This document shows positions 9,120 to 19,072 of a stretch of DNA of 64,000 nucleotides, piece by piece; the stretch's first letter is position 1, and every line of letters starts with the position of its first letter. The notes beneath the pieces were generated by a model. The model saw only the letters and a program-made list of their open reading frames with translations, did not search any database and had not been told where the DNA came from. The stretch comes from Clostridia bacterium (GTDB taxonomy: Bacteria > Bacillota > Clostridia > TANB77 > CAG-508). Made by a program: the position numbers and the translations under genes. Where the stretch lies: contig JAFUWA010000022.1 of the NCBI GenBank assembly GCA_017477355.1, positions 1,550 to 65,549 on the forward strand. The letters are read 5' to 3'.

Positions 9120-10418
9120 ATGGGTGGAAATACTGACGGAAGAATTCTGATGTTTGAGATTATTATTTTCGCAGTAATAATCGTTTTGCTAGTTTTGATA
9201 GCAATGTTTGTGTATGTCTCTAGGAAAAAGGATGATGAAGAAAAAGAGAAAGATGTTATTCTTGATACAACTTCCTCAGACGATAGACCTAAGGATACAG
9301 GAATTGGTAGCGATTTTGGAAAATTCCAAGGAGTTTTAAGTGTGGAGTCAATGAATGACTTTATGGAGTTTGACGAAGTTGTAGATAATATGATTGTTAG
9401 AAAAAATAGAACGCAGTTTGTTATGGTTTTACAATGTAATGGTGTTAATTATGATTTGATGAGCGCAGATGAAAAAATGGGTGTTGAGGAAGGATTTGTT
9501 CAATTCTTAAACACTTTAAGATTTCCAATTCAATTATATGTACAAAGTAGAACTTTAAATTTAAAAGCAATTATTAATGAATATAGAACAAGAGTTGCCG
9601 CTGTAACAGAAGATTTGAAAAAGGTTGATCAAAGATTAAGACAAGCTAGAGCTACTGGAAATAAACCAATGGTTGAGAGACTAGAGTTTGAGAAAAGAAG
9701 AAAAACAAGTGTCTTAGAGTATGGTCAAAATATAACAGAGTATGTTGAAAGGTTAAGCTCAAATAAAAATATTTTACAACAAAAAACATATGTTATTTTA
9801 TCATATTATACAGCTGAAATTGGTGGAAATACTAGCAACTACTCAAAGGATGAAATTAATAATATTTGCTTCTCAGAATTATATACAAGAAGTCAGAATA
9901 TTATCAGCTCTCTTGGAACATCGCAAGTTACTGGTAGAATTTTGAATTCCGAAGAGTTAGCTGAGCTTTTATTTGTTGCTTATAACAGAGATGATTCAGA
10001 GCTATATCAGTTAAATAATATGTTAGATGCTCAATATGATAGATTATATTCAACAGGTAAAGATGTATTAGAGAAGAGACAAGAAAAATTAGATGAAGAA
10101 ATTAATATTGCAGCAATAGACTTAACAACAGATAGTATTTTAAAAGCGGATAAACGTAGACAGGCAGAAGAAAGACAAAAAGAATTAGAAAAGAGTCAAA
10201 AAATAAAAGAAAAAGCTCTAAACTTGTTAAATCAATATGAAGATCAACTTGATCCTAGAATATTTGATATGGCAACAGAAGAAATTAAAGGTTCAAATGC
10301 TGAATCTGATGAAGCAGTTGCAGAAAATACAGAAGAGCCAAAAGAAGAGGAAAAACCAAAATCTAGTTTTGCAGCAAGAAGAATTATCAGAAAAAGAAAA
10401 GTGGATACAGAAGATTAG
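9120..10418 (+). CDS. Membrane-anchored protein with a VirB4 N-terminal-like domain and an acidic coiled-coil tail
   Basis: N-terminal TM helix. FVMVLQCNGVNYDLMSADEKMGVEEGFVQFLNTLRFPIQLYVQSR resembles the N-domain of VirB4/CagE/TrbE. The gene is separate (own RBS and ATG at 10430 downstream). Confidence 0.4.
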   Translation: MGGNTDGRILMFEIIIFAVIIVLLVLIAMFVYVSRKKDDEEKEKDVILDTTSSDDRPKDTGIGSDFGKFQGVLSVESMNDFMEFDEVVDNMIVRKNRTQFVMVLQCNGVNYDLMSADEKMGVEEGFVQFLNTLRFPIQLYVQSRTLNLKAIINEYRTRVAAVTEDLKKVDQRLRQARATGNKPMVERLEFEKRRKTSVLEYGQNITEYVERLSSNKNILQQKTYVILSYYTAEIGGNTSNYSKDEINNICFSELYTRSQNIISSLGTSQVTGRILNSEELAELLFVAYNRDDSELYQLNNMLDAQYDRLYSTGKDVLEKRQEKLDEEINIAAIDLTTDSILKADKRRQAEERQKELEKSQKIKEKALNLLNQYEDQLDPRIFDMATEEIKGSNAESDEAVAENTEEPKEEEKPKSSFAARRIIRKRKVDTED

Positions 10419-10429
10419 GAGGATAAGAT

Positions 10430-12432
10430 ATGTTGGGTTTAGGAAAGAAAACTACAGAAGCAGCTCCACAAGAAGCTGTTAGGGTAAAAGAAAGCAATAC
10501 ATTACTTAGAAGAAACCAAAGTACAATTAAGGATATTATAGCACCAGGTGGAATTGATGCTAGTTACACAAACCATATTGCAATAATGTCTTCAAGAACA
10601 AGACTTGCAAGATCAATGTTAGTATCTACTCTTCCTAGAATGTGTACTTTCCCAGAATTCTTAAGAGGTATGTATACTTTTGGAGATATTAATGTTTCAG
10701 TTTTTATTGCCCCAGTTAATGAGTCAACATCACAAACAGACTTGAACAGAACAATTAATGAATTAGAGTCTGAAAGAATTGTTGCTCAAGATAGAGGTGA
10801 TATTAACCGTGAGAGAGTAATCTTACAAAAAAGAATGGAAGCTGAAGAGCTAAGAGATACAATTGCATCTCGGATTAAATAGATTGTTCAGTTCAACTAT
10901 AGTAGCAACTGTGTTTGCATATAGTATGGATGAACTAGATAAATATACAGAATTATTAACGAACGAGATGGCAAAGAACTTAATAGATATTAAGCCAGCT
11001 TGGGCAATGCAGGACGCAGCTTTCAGAACAAATATGCCTTATAACGATAATAAGTTAAATAAGAGTCATACATTTGATAGAAGAGCGATGTCTACTGTAT
11101 TCCCATTCTTCACATCAGATATAGGACATGATGGTGGAATTCCTTTAGGATTTAATAAACAAACAGGACTTCCAATTCTTTATGATAACTTTAGTTCAAA
11201 ATTAACAAACTATAATATGGTTATCTTTGGTAAATCTGGTGCTGGTAAATCTGTTACAGTAAAGATGTTGTCAGCTCGTTCTTCTATTTTGATGGGAATA
11301 GATAGCTTAGCATTAGACGCTGAGCGGTGAGTATGGAATCGTTGCTGAGTCTTTGGGTGGCGTAAATGTTGTTATTAGCCCAAACTCTAGTACAATTATT
11401 AATATATTTGATATTGAGCCTGAAATTGTAAAAGACGAAATTACAGGTAAAGAGAGAACAATGTTAAATATCGAAAATAAAGTAGAAGACGTTACACAAG
11501 GTCTTTTGACTATGGCAAGAGGTAGTACAAAATCAGAAGAAGTTAACGAGTTAACAAAACAAATTATTTCTGAATCAGTACTAGAAGAATATACGGCTTT
11601 AGGTATTACAAACAATGTTGAAAGTTTATATTTAATGGAAGGAAACAATATTGATGTTTCTCAAAATTATTTAGGTAGAACAAAGAAAGATATGCCAACA
11701 ATAGGTTCTTGGTATAAGAGAATTTGTAAAAAGGCACAAGAGAACGATAACCCAGACTATCGTTTCCATTACAGTTATTTAGTAAAAGTTATGAAGCAAT
11801 ATGTAAGAGAGCTTCAAGGACAAATGGCTTATTTTGATGGTCAATCTACATTTGAATTATTAGAAGGAATGCCATTTATTAACTTAGATATTTCTCAATT
11901 AGAGGAAAGATTTGCAAGACCTTTGGCCCAACAAGTTTTACTTTCTTGGGTTTGGGAGAAATATGTTAAGAAAAATAGTGAAGATAAATCAAAAGCCATG
12001 AAGAAAAGGGTTATCATCGACGAGGCGTGGATGTTACTTCCATTCCCTGAAGCCGTAGACTTTTTGAACACTATGGCAAGACGTGCCAGAAAAAGAAATG
12101 TATCTTTACTAGTTGCTTCACAGAAATTCCAAGATTTCTATGAGAAGAAAGAAGCACAAGCAGTTTTAACTTCTTCAGAAACAAAATTATTCCTAGCGCA
12201 GGATAAATCAGAGATTCAATACTTAAGAGAAGTATTTAAGTTAAGTGAAGGTGAAGCTTCCTTCTTAATTACATGCAGTAGAGGTGAAGGATTATTAAAA
12301 GTTGGTGGAGATTCTGCAGTTCTTGCAATTCAACCAACGCAAAAAGAATTCGAGTTCGTTGAAACGAACCTTTCAAAACAAATTGCAATGGAAAAACAAA
12401 AACAAAAAGTGCAAGCTTTAAAAGATAGTTAA
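10430..12432 (+). CDS. VirB4-family T4SS ATPase (PrgJ/TcpF-like), reading frame changes twice at in-frame CGG (10871 and 11325)
   Basis: DIIAPGGID start motif, Walker A GKSGAGKS, DAEGEY (only if +1 at cgg tga), Walker B RVIIDEAW. The three ORF-track pieces join perfectly if CGGA/CGGT is read as GGA/GGT. Confidence 0.8.
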
Positions 12433-12481
12433 TATGCCCATTGGGGAAATTTCCCCAATGAGATTAATATAGGAGAAAGAT

Positions 12482-13723
12482 ATGAAAAATATGAAAAAGA
12501 TTTCTATATTAGTATTAATACTAATAGTTTTTAATTTCATATGTTCAAGTTATATTGCTTTTGCTACAGATGACCCTCCAACAGATCCGGCTGACCCAGC
12601 AGACCCACCAGAAGAAACCACAACAACAGAAACAGAAGGCTCTGGTGGTGCGTTAAGTATGGACGAATACAAGAAGTTATCAGATGAAGGAAAAGTAACG
12701 ATTGGGCAAAGCGAGAAAAATATAGAGCTTGGAGAATCAGATGTTGGTTCTGCAACGAGTAAACTTGGAACATTTATTACAACACTTGGTGGAGTTGCAC
12801 TTAAAATGATGTCCAAGTTTACGGGAGATGGTGGATATTATTACTATGAAAGTGATTTCTCTGCTGAAAAAACAGGGTTATTTACAATTAATTCTCTTGT
12901 TTTTGGAGAATATGTTTTACTTAATCCGAAACCTTACCAAAAATCAGCTGATTTAGCAACAAATCCAAGCTATACTCCTTCAGGAGTAAATAGTGTAGTT
13001 GATTCTATTAAAGATAAAGGAGCAGAAATAAGTGGATTTTTTACAAATATATCATTGTTACTTGCTGTTCCAATGATTTTATTTGCAATTATGAGAACAA
13101 TTTCTGTTCAAAAAGCAAGAGATTTAGCTGCATGGAAAAAGATATTAACAAGATGGGCATTATGTGTGTTTTTAATTGTATTTTTCCCATACATATTTGC
13201 GGCAATTGATACTGCAGCGGGTTCTTTAGTTGATGGATTTTGGCAAATGAGAGTTGGATTAGAAGAAGCAGGATATAGTGCTTTTGAAACAACCGTAATT
13301 GAAGATTTATCTTTTCAAGTAGAAAATACAGGAGGAGTAACATCTTTAGCTTATTCTGTTGTATTTGCGGCACTTGTTATAGCACAAGTTTTATTTTTAA
13401 TAAAATATGTATTTAGAGTGTTAGGAATTCTCTTATTATTTATTGCAGCTCCAGTAATTATCATGCTTCATTCTATTAGATTAATGATGGGTAAAGAGAG
13501 TGATGTTTTAGGAGAAATGTTTAAAAATTATATTTCACTTGCGTTTATGCAACCAGTACATGCACTATTTTATTTAATTTTCTTCTTCTCTCTTTCAGAG
13601 ATTGCAATAAACGTACCAGTAGTAGGTATTATTTTATTATATGCTTTATATAGAGCAAGTAATATTGCAAAAGCTATGTTTGGTTGGGAATTGAGTTCCT
13701 CAATCTTTTCATTGAAAAAATAA
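12482..13723 (+). CDS. VirB6/TcpH-like polytopic membrane protein (signal peptide, Pro/Thr-rich N-terminal domain, 5-6 C-terminal TM helices)
   Basis: Architecture and position directly after VirB4. The TM core is weakly similar to the N-terminal regions of 19979 and 25942. Confidence 0.45.
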   Translation: MKNMKKISILVLILIVFNFICSSYIAFATDDPPTDPADPADPPEETTTTETEGSGGALSMDEYKKLSDEGKVTIGQSEKNIELGESDVGSATSKLGTFITTLGGVALKMMSKFTGDGGYYYYESDFSAEKTGLFTINSLVFGEYVLLNPKPYQKSADLATNPSYTPSGVNSVVDSIKDKGAEISGFFTNISLLLAVPMILFAIMRTISVQKARDLAAWKKILTRWALCVFLIVFFPYIFAAIDTAAGSLVDGFWQMRVGLEEAGYSAFETTVIEDLSFQVENTGGVTSLAYSVVFAALVIAQVLFLIKYVFRVLGILLLFIAAPVIIMLHSIRLMMGKESDVLGEMFKNYISLAFMQPVHALFYLIFFFSLSEIAINVPVVGIILLYALYRASNIAKAMFGWELSSSIFSLKK

Positions 13724-13739
13724 TTAAGAGGTAAGATGT

Positions 13740-15287
13740 ATGGGAGAAAAAGTAAATTATAGTAAAAACAAAAACAATAAATTGAAACTCATAATTATCA
13801 TTCTTTTAATTTTAGTAAGTATTATTATTTTAATAAGATCAATTAAAAGTGTGCGTAAGGAAATGATACAAGAAGCACAACCAACAGATAGCAGTGCAAC
13901 TATTTATAAGTCAGTAAAGGAATATAATACATTAGAAGATTTAATGAAAAGTTTTCGTTGTAATGTAATTAGTAAAGAAGAAACCAATGAATTTGTAAAA
14001 GTTAAATTAACGTTTGATGTTGGTTTATATACAGAAAATGTAAGTAATGAAACACATTTTTTAAATATTTGTAAAGCAGTAGCAGAATTCATTGATTATA
14101 AAAATTTTGAATTGATAGATACTCAAAAAGATATTGATATCGAAGTAAAATGTGAAAAACCAAACATAACAGAATTGATAATCAATGGAGATTCAAACTA
14201 TTATTTAAATAATAATTCTAAAAGAAATAGAAGCTTATCTTCAAGTGTGACCAATTTTATAGTTCAATCAGCAGAGTTACAAGAGTTAATCAATGGGGAT
14301 TGGAATGAAGCAAAGGTAAACTGGGGAGAAAGAGATTCTATTTGTAATAGTTATAATATTTATTTTGATGAAGGTATTCGTTATAAAACAGTAGCTACTG
14401 ATGTGTTTAATGTAGTATTTACAGAAAAATATAATAAACAAGTAGTTGGAGGATTAAATGCAAATTCAAGTGTTACTGCGGTTGAAACTGCATTAGGAAC
14501 TCCTAATTTTTCTAAGAATGATGAAATATACGGATATGTAAGTGATACAAACTATGTTTTCTTTGATTTTGTAAATCATGAAATTTCTGTTTATCCAGTG
14601 ATTAACGTTAGCAGTAAAGAAGAAAATGAGTTAAAAGAATTGATTAATCAAATGAATGAATCTTCAGATATTAAGGCTTTTGCAACAGAATTAACTAGAA
14701 TGTGGAATGATTATGATGTTTATGATTATGATTCAAATTATGTTGATTTAAGATATACATTAAGAGGAGTAAGTTTACAAATATCTAGTACGTCATTAAA
14801 AAATGGTATTTATATTTACCAAAATTATAGCGGAAGCAGAGATGTTTCTGATTTAGAAAACACTTATATGCAAGAATCAGATAGTGTTTTTGAACTAGAG
14901 AAAAAGAGAAGCCTTGAAGAAATGATGAGCAGGATTGATCAAGGTGATTTTACAGACGAATTTTATGATAAATATTTAGGCCATGATTTCTCAGTAAAAT
15001 TTAGAGAGCATGATGGTGATATTAGCGTAGGTCCAATGTTTTTCTCTAGAGATAAAGAATATGCAGATTCAGAATTGGATAAAAGATTAGAATTGTCTAG
15101 CTATATATGGTTAAATGAAACAATCTTTATTTATACAGTTGATAATGAAGGAATGTATGCATATAACTGTGTTACTAGACAAGCACAAAAAATATTAGAA
15201 TCTGAAGAAGAAATAAGAATTAATGACGTAGAAAATAACCAAATTATTTACAATAATACAGAAAGATTGGCTATTGTTGTAGAATAG
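13740..15287 (+). CDS. Membrane-anchored extracytoplasmic protein, island family A paralog 1 (515 aa)
   Basis: N-terminal Lys/Asn-rich region plus one TM helix. It is paralogous to 16393-17940 and, more distantly, to 19073-19978. Confidence 0.5.
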   Translation: MGEKVNYSKNKNNKLKLIIIILLILVSIIILIRSIKSVRKEMIQEAQPTDSSATIYKSVKEYNTLEDLMKSFRCNVISKEETNEFVKVKLTFDVGLYTENVSNETHFLNICKAVAEFIDYKNFELIDTQKDIDIEVKCEKPNITELIINGDSNYYLNNNSKRNRSLSSSVTNFIVQSAELQELINGDWNEAKVNWGERDSICNSYNIYFDEGIRYKTVATDVFNVVFTEKYNKQVVGGLNANSSVTAVETALGTPNFSKNDEIYGYVSDTNYVFFDFVNHEISVYPVINVSSKEENELKELINQMNESSDIKAFATELTRMWNDYDVYDYDSNYVDLRYTLRGVSLQISSTSLKNGIYIYQNYSGSRDVSDLENTYMQESDSVFELEKKRSLEEMMSRIDQGDFTDEFYDKYLGHDFSVKFREHDGDISVGPMFFSRDKEYADSELDKRLELSSYIWLNETIFIYTVDNEGMYAYNCVTRQAQKILESEEEIRINDVENNQIIYNNTERLAIVVE

Positions 15288-15296
15288 CTCAAAATA

Positions 15297-15325
15297 TTGA
15301 AAACAAGCCCAAAATATGGTATAAT
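15297..15325 (+). promoter_or_regulatory. Sigma-A promoter of hydrolase gene A (part of the duplicated module)
   Basis: ttgaaa, 17 nt, tataat. Nearly the same sequence recurs at 17950-17978. Confidence 0.5.
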
Positions 15326-15364
15326 TATGAAAAGGATTATTTAATAGAAAGCGAGTAGAATATA

Positions 15365-16350
15365 ATGAAAAAAGTAAAAACAATTACTATAAAAATTATA
15401 GTTATTTATGTAATTTTATATGTGGCACTAGGTTCTACTTGTTCTGTTTTTGCTACAAGAGGATATGACGATGCTTGTCGGAGAGTATTTGGCAAAATAT
15501 GCAGTAGACTTTTGCAATCAATATGGTAATAAACCAGATGGTTATTATGATAACTCCTTTGCTGTAGTTGAGCCAGATTCTTATTTTTGGACAGGAGGCT
15601 CTTTTGGACAAGGTAAGTTTCATACTTGTTGTACTGTTGGAGTAGCCTATATGTATTATAAAGCTCTAGGAGTAGATATTATTGCGTTAGGTGCAGACAT
15701 GGGATGCCCAAATCATGATAATATGAAATCAAGGAGCAATTGGGTATATATAGCAAACGAAAGTGATTTAAAACCAGGAGATATGGTTTATAACGATCAC
15801 CACGCTGAAATGATAATTGAAGGTGGTCATCATGTTAATTTTGGTAATGATCATCCTGGTATTGTTCAGGAAGATGAGTATGGTTTCTGCGGACGGAGAC
15901 TTCTGCTGTGGATTTAGATTAGCAAGTTCTGTTCAGGTAGACCCTTCAGGAAAAATTACAGGAACAGGTACTGGTTCTGGAATTACAGCAGAAAAAGTAA
16001 ATTATTCAAACTTTTTCTTTAATGGAATTCCAGATGGAAAATATTCCTTAGCATCAAGAGAATCTATATTTACAATCATTATTAACTCATTAAAAGAACT
16101 AGTTAACTATTTCACAGGATTAATCACATACTTATTAAGAGGATTTATTATTGGAATTATCTCAGTATTTGATAGATTAATTAATAATACAATAGATTCA
16201 GTAAGCAATAGCCCAAAAACATTAAAAGAAACGGGAGTAAGAGCTACAGATGCAGATGATCCAATTAGTATGGATAGATCTGTAACAATTGAAGGATTAA
16301 TCTTTGGAGAAGTTGATTTATTTGATATTAATATTTTTAAAGTAGACTAA
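15365..16350 (+). CDS. Secreted NlpC/P60-type peptidoglycan endopeptidase with a conserved C-terminal TM domain (copy A). Two frame changes at in-frame CGG (15479, 15894)
   Basis: Signal peptide MKKVKTITIKIIVIYVILYVALGSTCSVFA appears only if translation starts at 15365 and shifts +1 at tgt-cgg-a. Cys/His motifs are HTCCTVGVAY and GDMVYNDHHAEMI. The C-terminus is about 93% nt identical to copy B. Confidence 0.65.
15978..16350 (+). repeat. About 373 bp direct repeat, copy 1 (3' end of hydrolase A)
   Basis: About 93% identical to 18682-19054. The upstream hydrolase domains are much more diverged. Confidence 0.85.
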
Positions 16351-16360
16351 TAAATGGCGC

Positions 16361-16382
16361 CACGCTGTTGGCGCCAAAATGA
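16361..16382 (+). other. GC-rich perfect hairpin tggcgcc-acgctgt-tggcgcca between hydrolase A and the next gene
   Basis: 7 bp GC stem in a roughly 30% GC genome with no T-run after it, so it is not a classic terminator. Confidence 0.4.
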
Positions 16383-16392
16383 GGTAAAGAAT

Positions 16393-17940
16393 ATGGGGCA
16401 AAAGATAAATTATAATAAGAAAAATAGTAGTAAATGGAAGATAGTTGTAACAATTATCTTGTGTTTACTTGCTATTTTTATTGTTATAAAGAGTTTTAGA
16501 GATGCATTAAAATCAATAAAGGAAGAACAATCAAACTTAAGTCAAACAAGTAATATTCAATATAGTGTTAGCTCTTATGATTCATTATCAAGTTTGCTTG
16601 CTAGTCGTAATTGTAAATTAATTAATCAAAGTGCAGCAAATGGGGGGATAATTGCAACAGTAAATTTTCCTGTTGATTTATATTCAGGAGACGTAAGCAA
16701 TGAAAATTATTTTTTAAGTATCTGTAAATTAGTAGCAGAGTTTATTAATTATAAAAATTTTGAATTAAAAGATAATAATAAAAATATTGATATTGAAGTT
16801 TTTTGTGAAAAGCCTAATATTGTAGAATTCAAAATAAATGGTGATATCAATTATTATTTAAATCATGATTCTGAGAGATTTGCAAAAAATCGTGAAAATA
16901 CAGTTTCAAATTTCATAATACAATCTCCAGAATTACAATCAGCAATTAATTCTGGTTGGGATGAAAATGGTGTCAACTGGGGAATACAAGAAGCAACATG
17001 TGAAGGATATCAAATTTATTTTGATGAAGGAATAAAATATAAAGTTGTTAGTAGAAGCATTTTTAATATTATATTTACAAAAAAATATCAAGGAGAAATA
17101 GCAGGAGGATTAAATGCTAATTCTTCGAGAGATCAAGTTGAGTCTGCATTAGGTACTCCTACTTTTTCAGATGGAGATAATATTTATGGATATGTAAGTG
17201 AAAGAAATTACTTGTTCTTTGATTTCTTGAATAAAGAAGTTTCTGTTTATCCAGTAGTAAAAGTAGGAAGCTTAGATGAAGAAGAACTAAAAAATGATAT
17301 TACAGAGCTAAATAATACAAATGATGCTAAAAAATTTGCCACTTCTTTAACAGGAATGTGGATTGATTATGATGTTTATGATTTTGATTCAAATTATGTT
17401 GATTTAAGATATACATTAAGGGGTGTAAAATTAGACATTTCTAGTGCATCACTAAAAAATGGTATTTTTATTTATCAAAACTATTCTGGCAATATTGATA
17501 TTGCTAATTTAGAAAATGTTTATTTAACAAACACAGATATGGTTTTTGAAGAAGAAAAAGAAAGAAGCATGGACGAATATTTAAAGAGACATATAGAAGG
17601 TGAATTATCAGAAGAGGAAAAGAAAAGTTTTGGAATCAATTTTGGACTTAGATTTCTAGATGCTGATGAAGAGGGATATAGAGGCCCAATTTTCTACTCA
17701 AGAACAGGAGAATTTTCTGATTCAGAACTAGACAAAAATTTACAATTATCAAGTTATAAGTGGTATGATGATTCAAAATTAGTTTATAGTGTTAATTATG
17801 ATGGAATTTATGTATATAACTGTGAAACAAGAGTAAACGCAAAGCTCATTGACTTAGATAAAGAAATTATAATTACTTCTGCAGGAGACGGTCAAATTAT
17901 TTACAATAATAATGAAGTAGTAAACGTGGAAATTAACTAA
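16393..17940 (+). CDS. Membrane-anchored extracytoplasmic protein, island family A paralog 2 (516 aa)
   Basis: About 50% identical to 13740-15287 along its full length. RBS gaggtaaag precedes the start. Confidence 0.5.
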   Translation: MGQKINYNKKNSSKWKIVVTIILCLLAIFIVIKSFRDALKSIKEEQSNLSQTSNIQYSVSSYDSLSSLLASRNCKLINQSAANGGIIATVNFPVDLYSGDVSNENYFLSICKLVAEFINYKNFELKDNNKNIDIEVFCEKPNIVEFKINGDINYYLNHDSERFAKNRENTVSNFIIQSPELQSAINSGWDENGVNWGIQEATCEGYQIYFDEGIKYKVVSRSIFNIIFTKKYQGEIAGGLNANSSRDQVESALGTPTFSDGDNIYGYVSERNYLFFDFLNKEVSVYPVVKVGSLDEEELKNDITELNNTNDAKKFATSLTGMWIDYDVYDFDSNYVDLRYTLRGVKLDISSASLKNGIFIYQNYSGNIDIANLENVYLTNTDMVFEEEKERSMDEYLKRHIEGELSEEEKKSFGINFGLRFLDADEEGYRGPIFYSRTGEFSDSELDKNLQLSSYKWYDDSKLVYSVNYDGIYVYNCETRVNAKLIDLDKEIIITSAGDGQIIYNNNEVVNVEIN

Positions 17941-17949
17941 GTTAAAATG

Positions 17950-17978
17950 TTGAGAAAATCCTTGAAATATGGTATAAT
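17950..17978 (+). promoter_or_regulatory. Sigma-A promoter of hydrolase gene B (duplicated)
   Basis: ttgaga, 17 nt, tataat. The downstream tatggtataatta matches the 15311 region. Confidence 0.5.
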
Positions 17979-18019
17979 TAAGGGTGAGAGATTATTTAAA
18001 AAAAGAAAGTAATTGTAAT

Positions 18020-19054
18020 ATGAAAAACTTGAGATATTTTTTAAAAAATATAATAATATTCATAGTAATTTTTGTATTAATTTTTTCAACAATTACTCCT
18101 GTTTCCTTGGCATATACTCCCGAAGAAGTAGGAAATGCAGTAGCAGGGTTTGCAAAGCATGTTGTCGATACTTATGGACAAGAAGGAAAAAATATAGTAG
18201 GTTATAGACAAGTTGTCGGAGATCAGTATGATAACTCTGGAAAAGGTGGCGTTCCTGGACATTGTAGAACAGATAATCCAATTTGGTCACCTAGTAGTTA
18301 TACTTGGAATAGCGAATATATCTATTTCGATTGTTCTAGTTTTGCTACAGGATGTTACCATTATGTAGCAGGAGTGATTGATTCTCCACATGCTACAGGT
18401 AGTTTAATGGGTTCTCCATCTGATATGTCTGGAAAGTTTGAAAAAATCCATTGGGATAAATCACAAAGCTCTTTAAAAAATGGAGATTTAATGTTCTATG
18501 ATGGGCATGCTTGGATTTATTCTGGAGATGGGAAAACATCAGAAAATGGTAGATACCATTGCAATTGGGATTATCACAATGGACAAGATATTTATATTTA
18601 TAGAATTACTAGTGCTGGGGCAAGTGCTATTACAACATTAAATACAGAGTTTTCAGTAGCAGGAACATCAAATAATGGAAGTGGAATTGCGGCAGAGAAA
18701 ATTAATTACTCAAACTTTTTCTTTAATGGAATTCCAGATGGAAAATATTCCTTAGCATCAAGAGAATCTATATTTACAATCATTATTAACTCATTGAAAG
18801 AATTAGTTAATTATTTTACAGGATTAATTACATATTTATTAAGAGGATTTATTATTGGAATTATATCAGTATTTGATAGATTAATTAATAATACAATAGA
18901 ATCAGTAAGCAATAGCCCAAAAACATTAAAAGAAACTGGCGTGAAAGCAACAAATGCAGATGATCCAATTAGTATGGATAGATCTGTAACAATTGAAGGA
19001 TTAATTTTTGGGGAAGTTGATTTATTTGATATTAATATTTTTAAAGTAGATTAA
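18020..19054 (+). CDS. Secreted NlpC/P60-type peptidoglycan endopeptidase with the conserved C-terminal TM domain (copy B, intact)
   Basis: Signal peptide, then YFDCSSFATGCYHYVAG and GDLMFYDGHAWIYSGDG (Cys/His). The C-terminal roughly 125 aa is nearly identical to copy A. ATG at 18020 lies downstream of the predicted transcript start. Confidence 0.7.
   Translation: MKNLRYFLKNIIIFIVIFVLIFSTITPVSLAYTPEEVGNAVAGFAKHVVDTYGQEGKNIVGYRQVVGDQYDNSGKGGVPGHCRTDNPIWSPSSYTWNSEYIYFDCSSFATGCYHYVAGVIDSPHATGSLMGSPSDMSGKFEKIHWDKSQSSLKNGDLMFYDGHAWIYSGDGKTSENGRYHCNWDYHNGQDIYIYRITSAGASAITTLNTEFSVAGTSNNGSGIAAEKINYSNFFFNGIPDGKYSLASRESIFTIIINSLKELVNYFTGLITYLLRGFIIGIISVFDRLINNTIESVSNSPKTLKETGVKATNADDPISMDRSVTIEGLIFGEVDLFDINIFKVD
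18682..19054 (+). repeat. About 373 bp direct repeat, copy 2
   Basis: See 15978-16350. Confidence 0.85.
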
Positions 19055-19072
19055 AACAAAGGAGGAAATACA

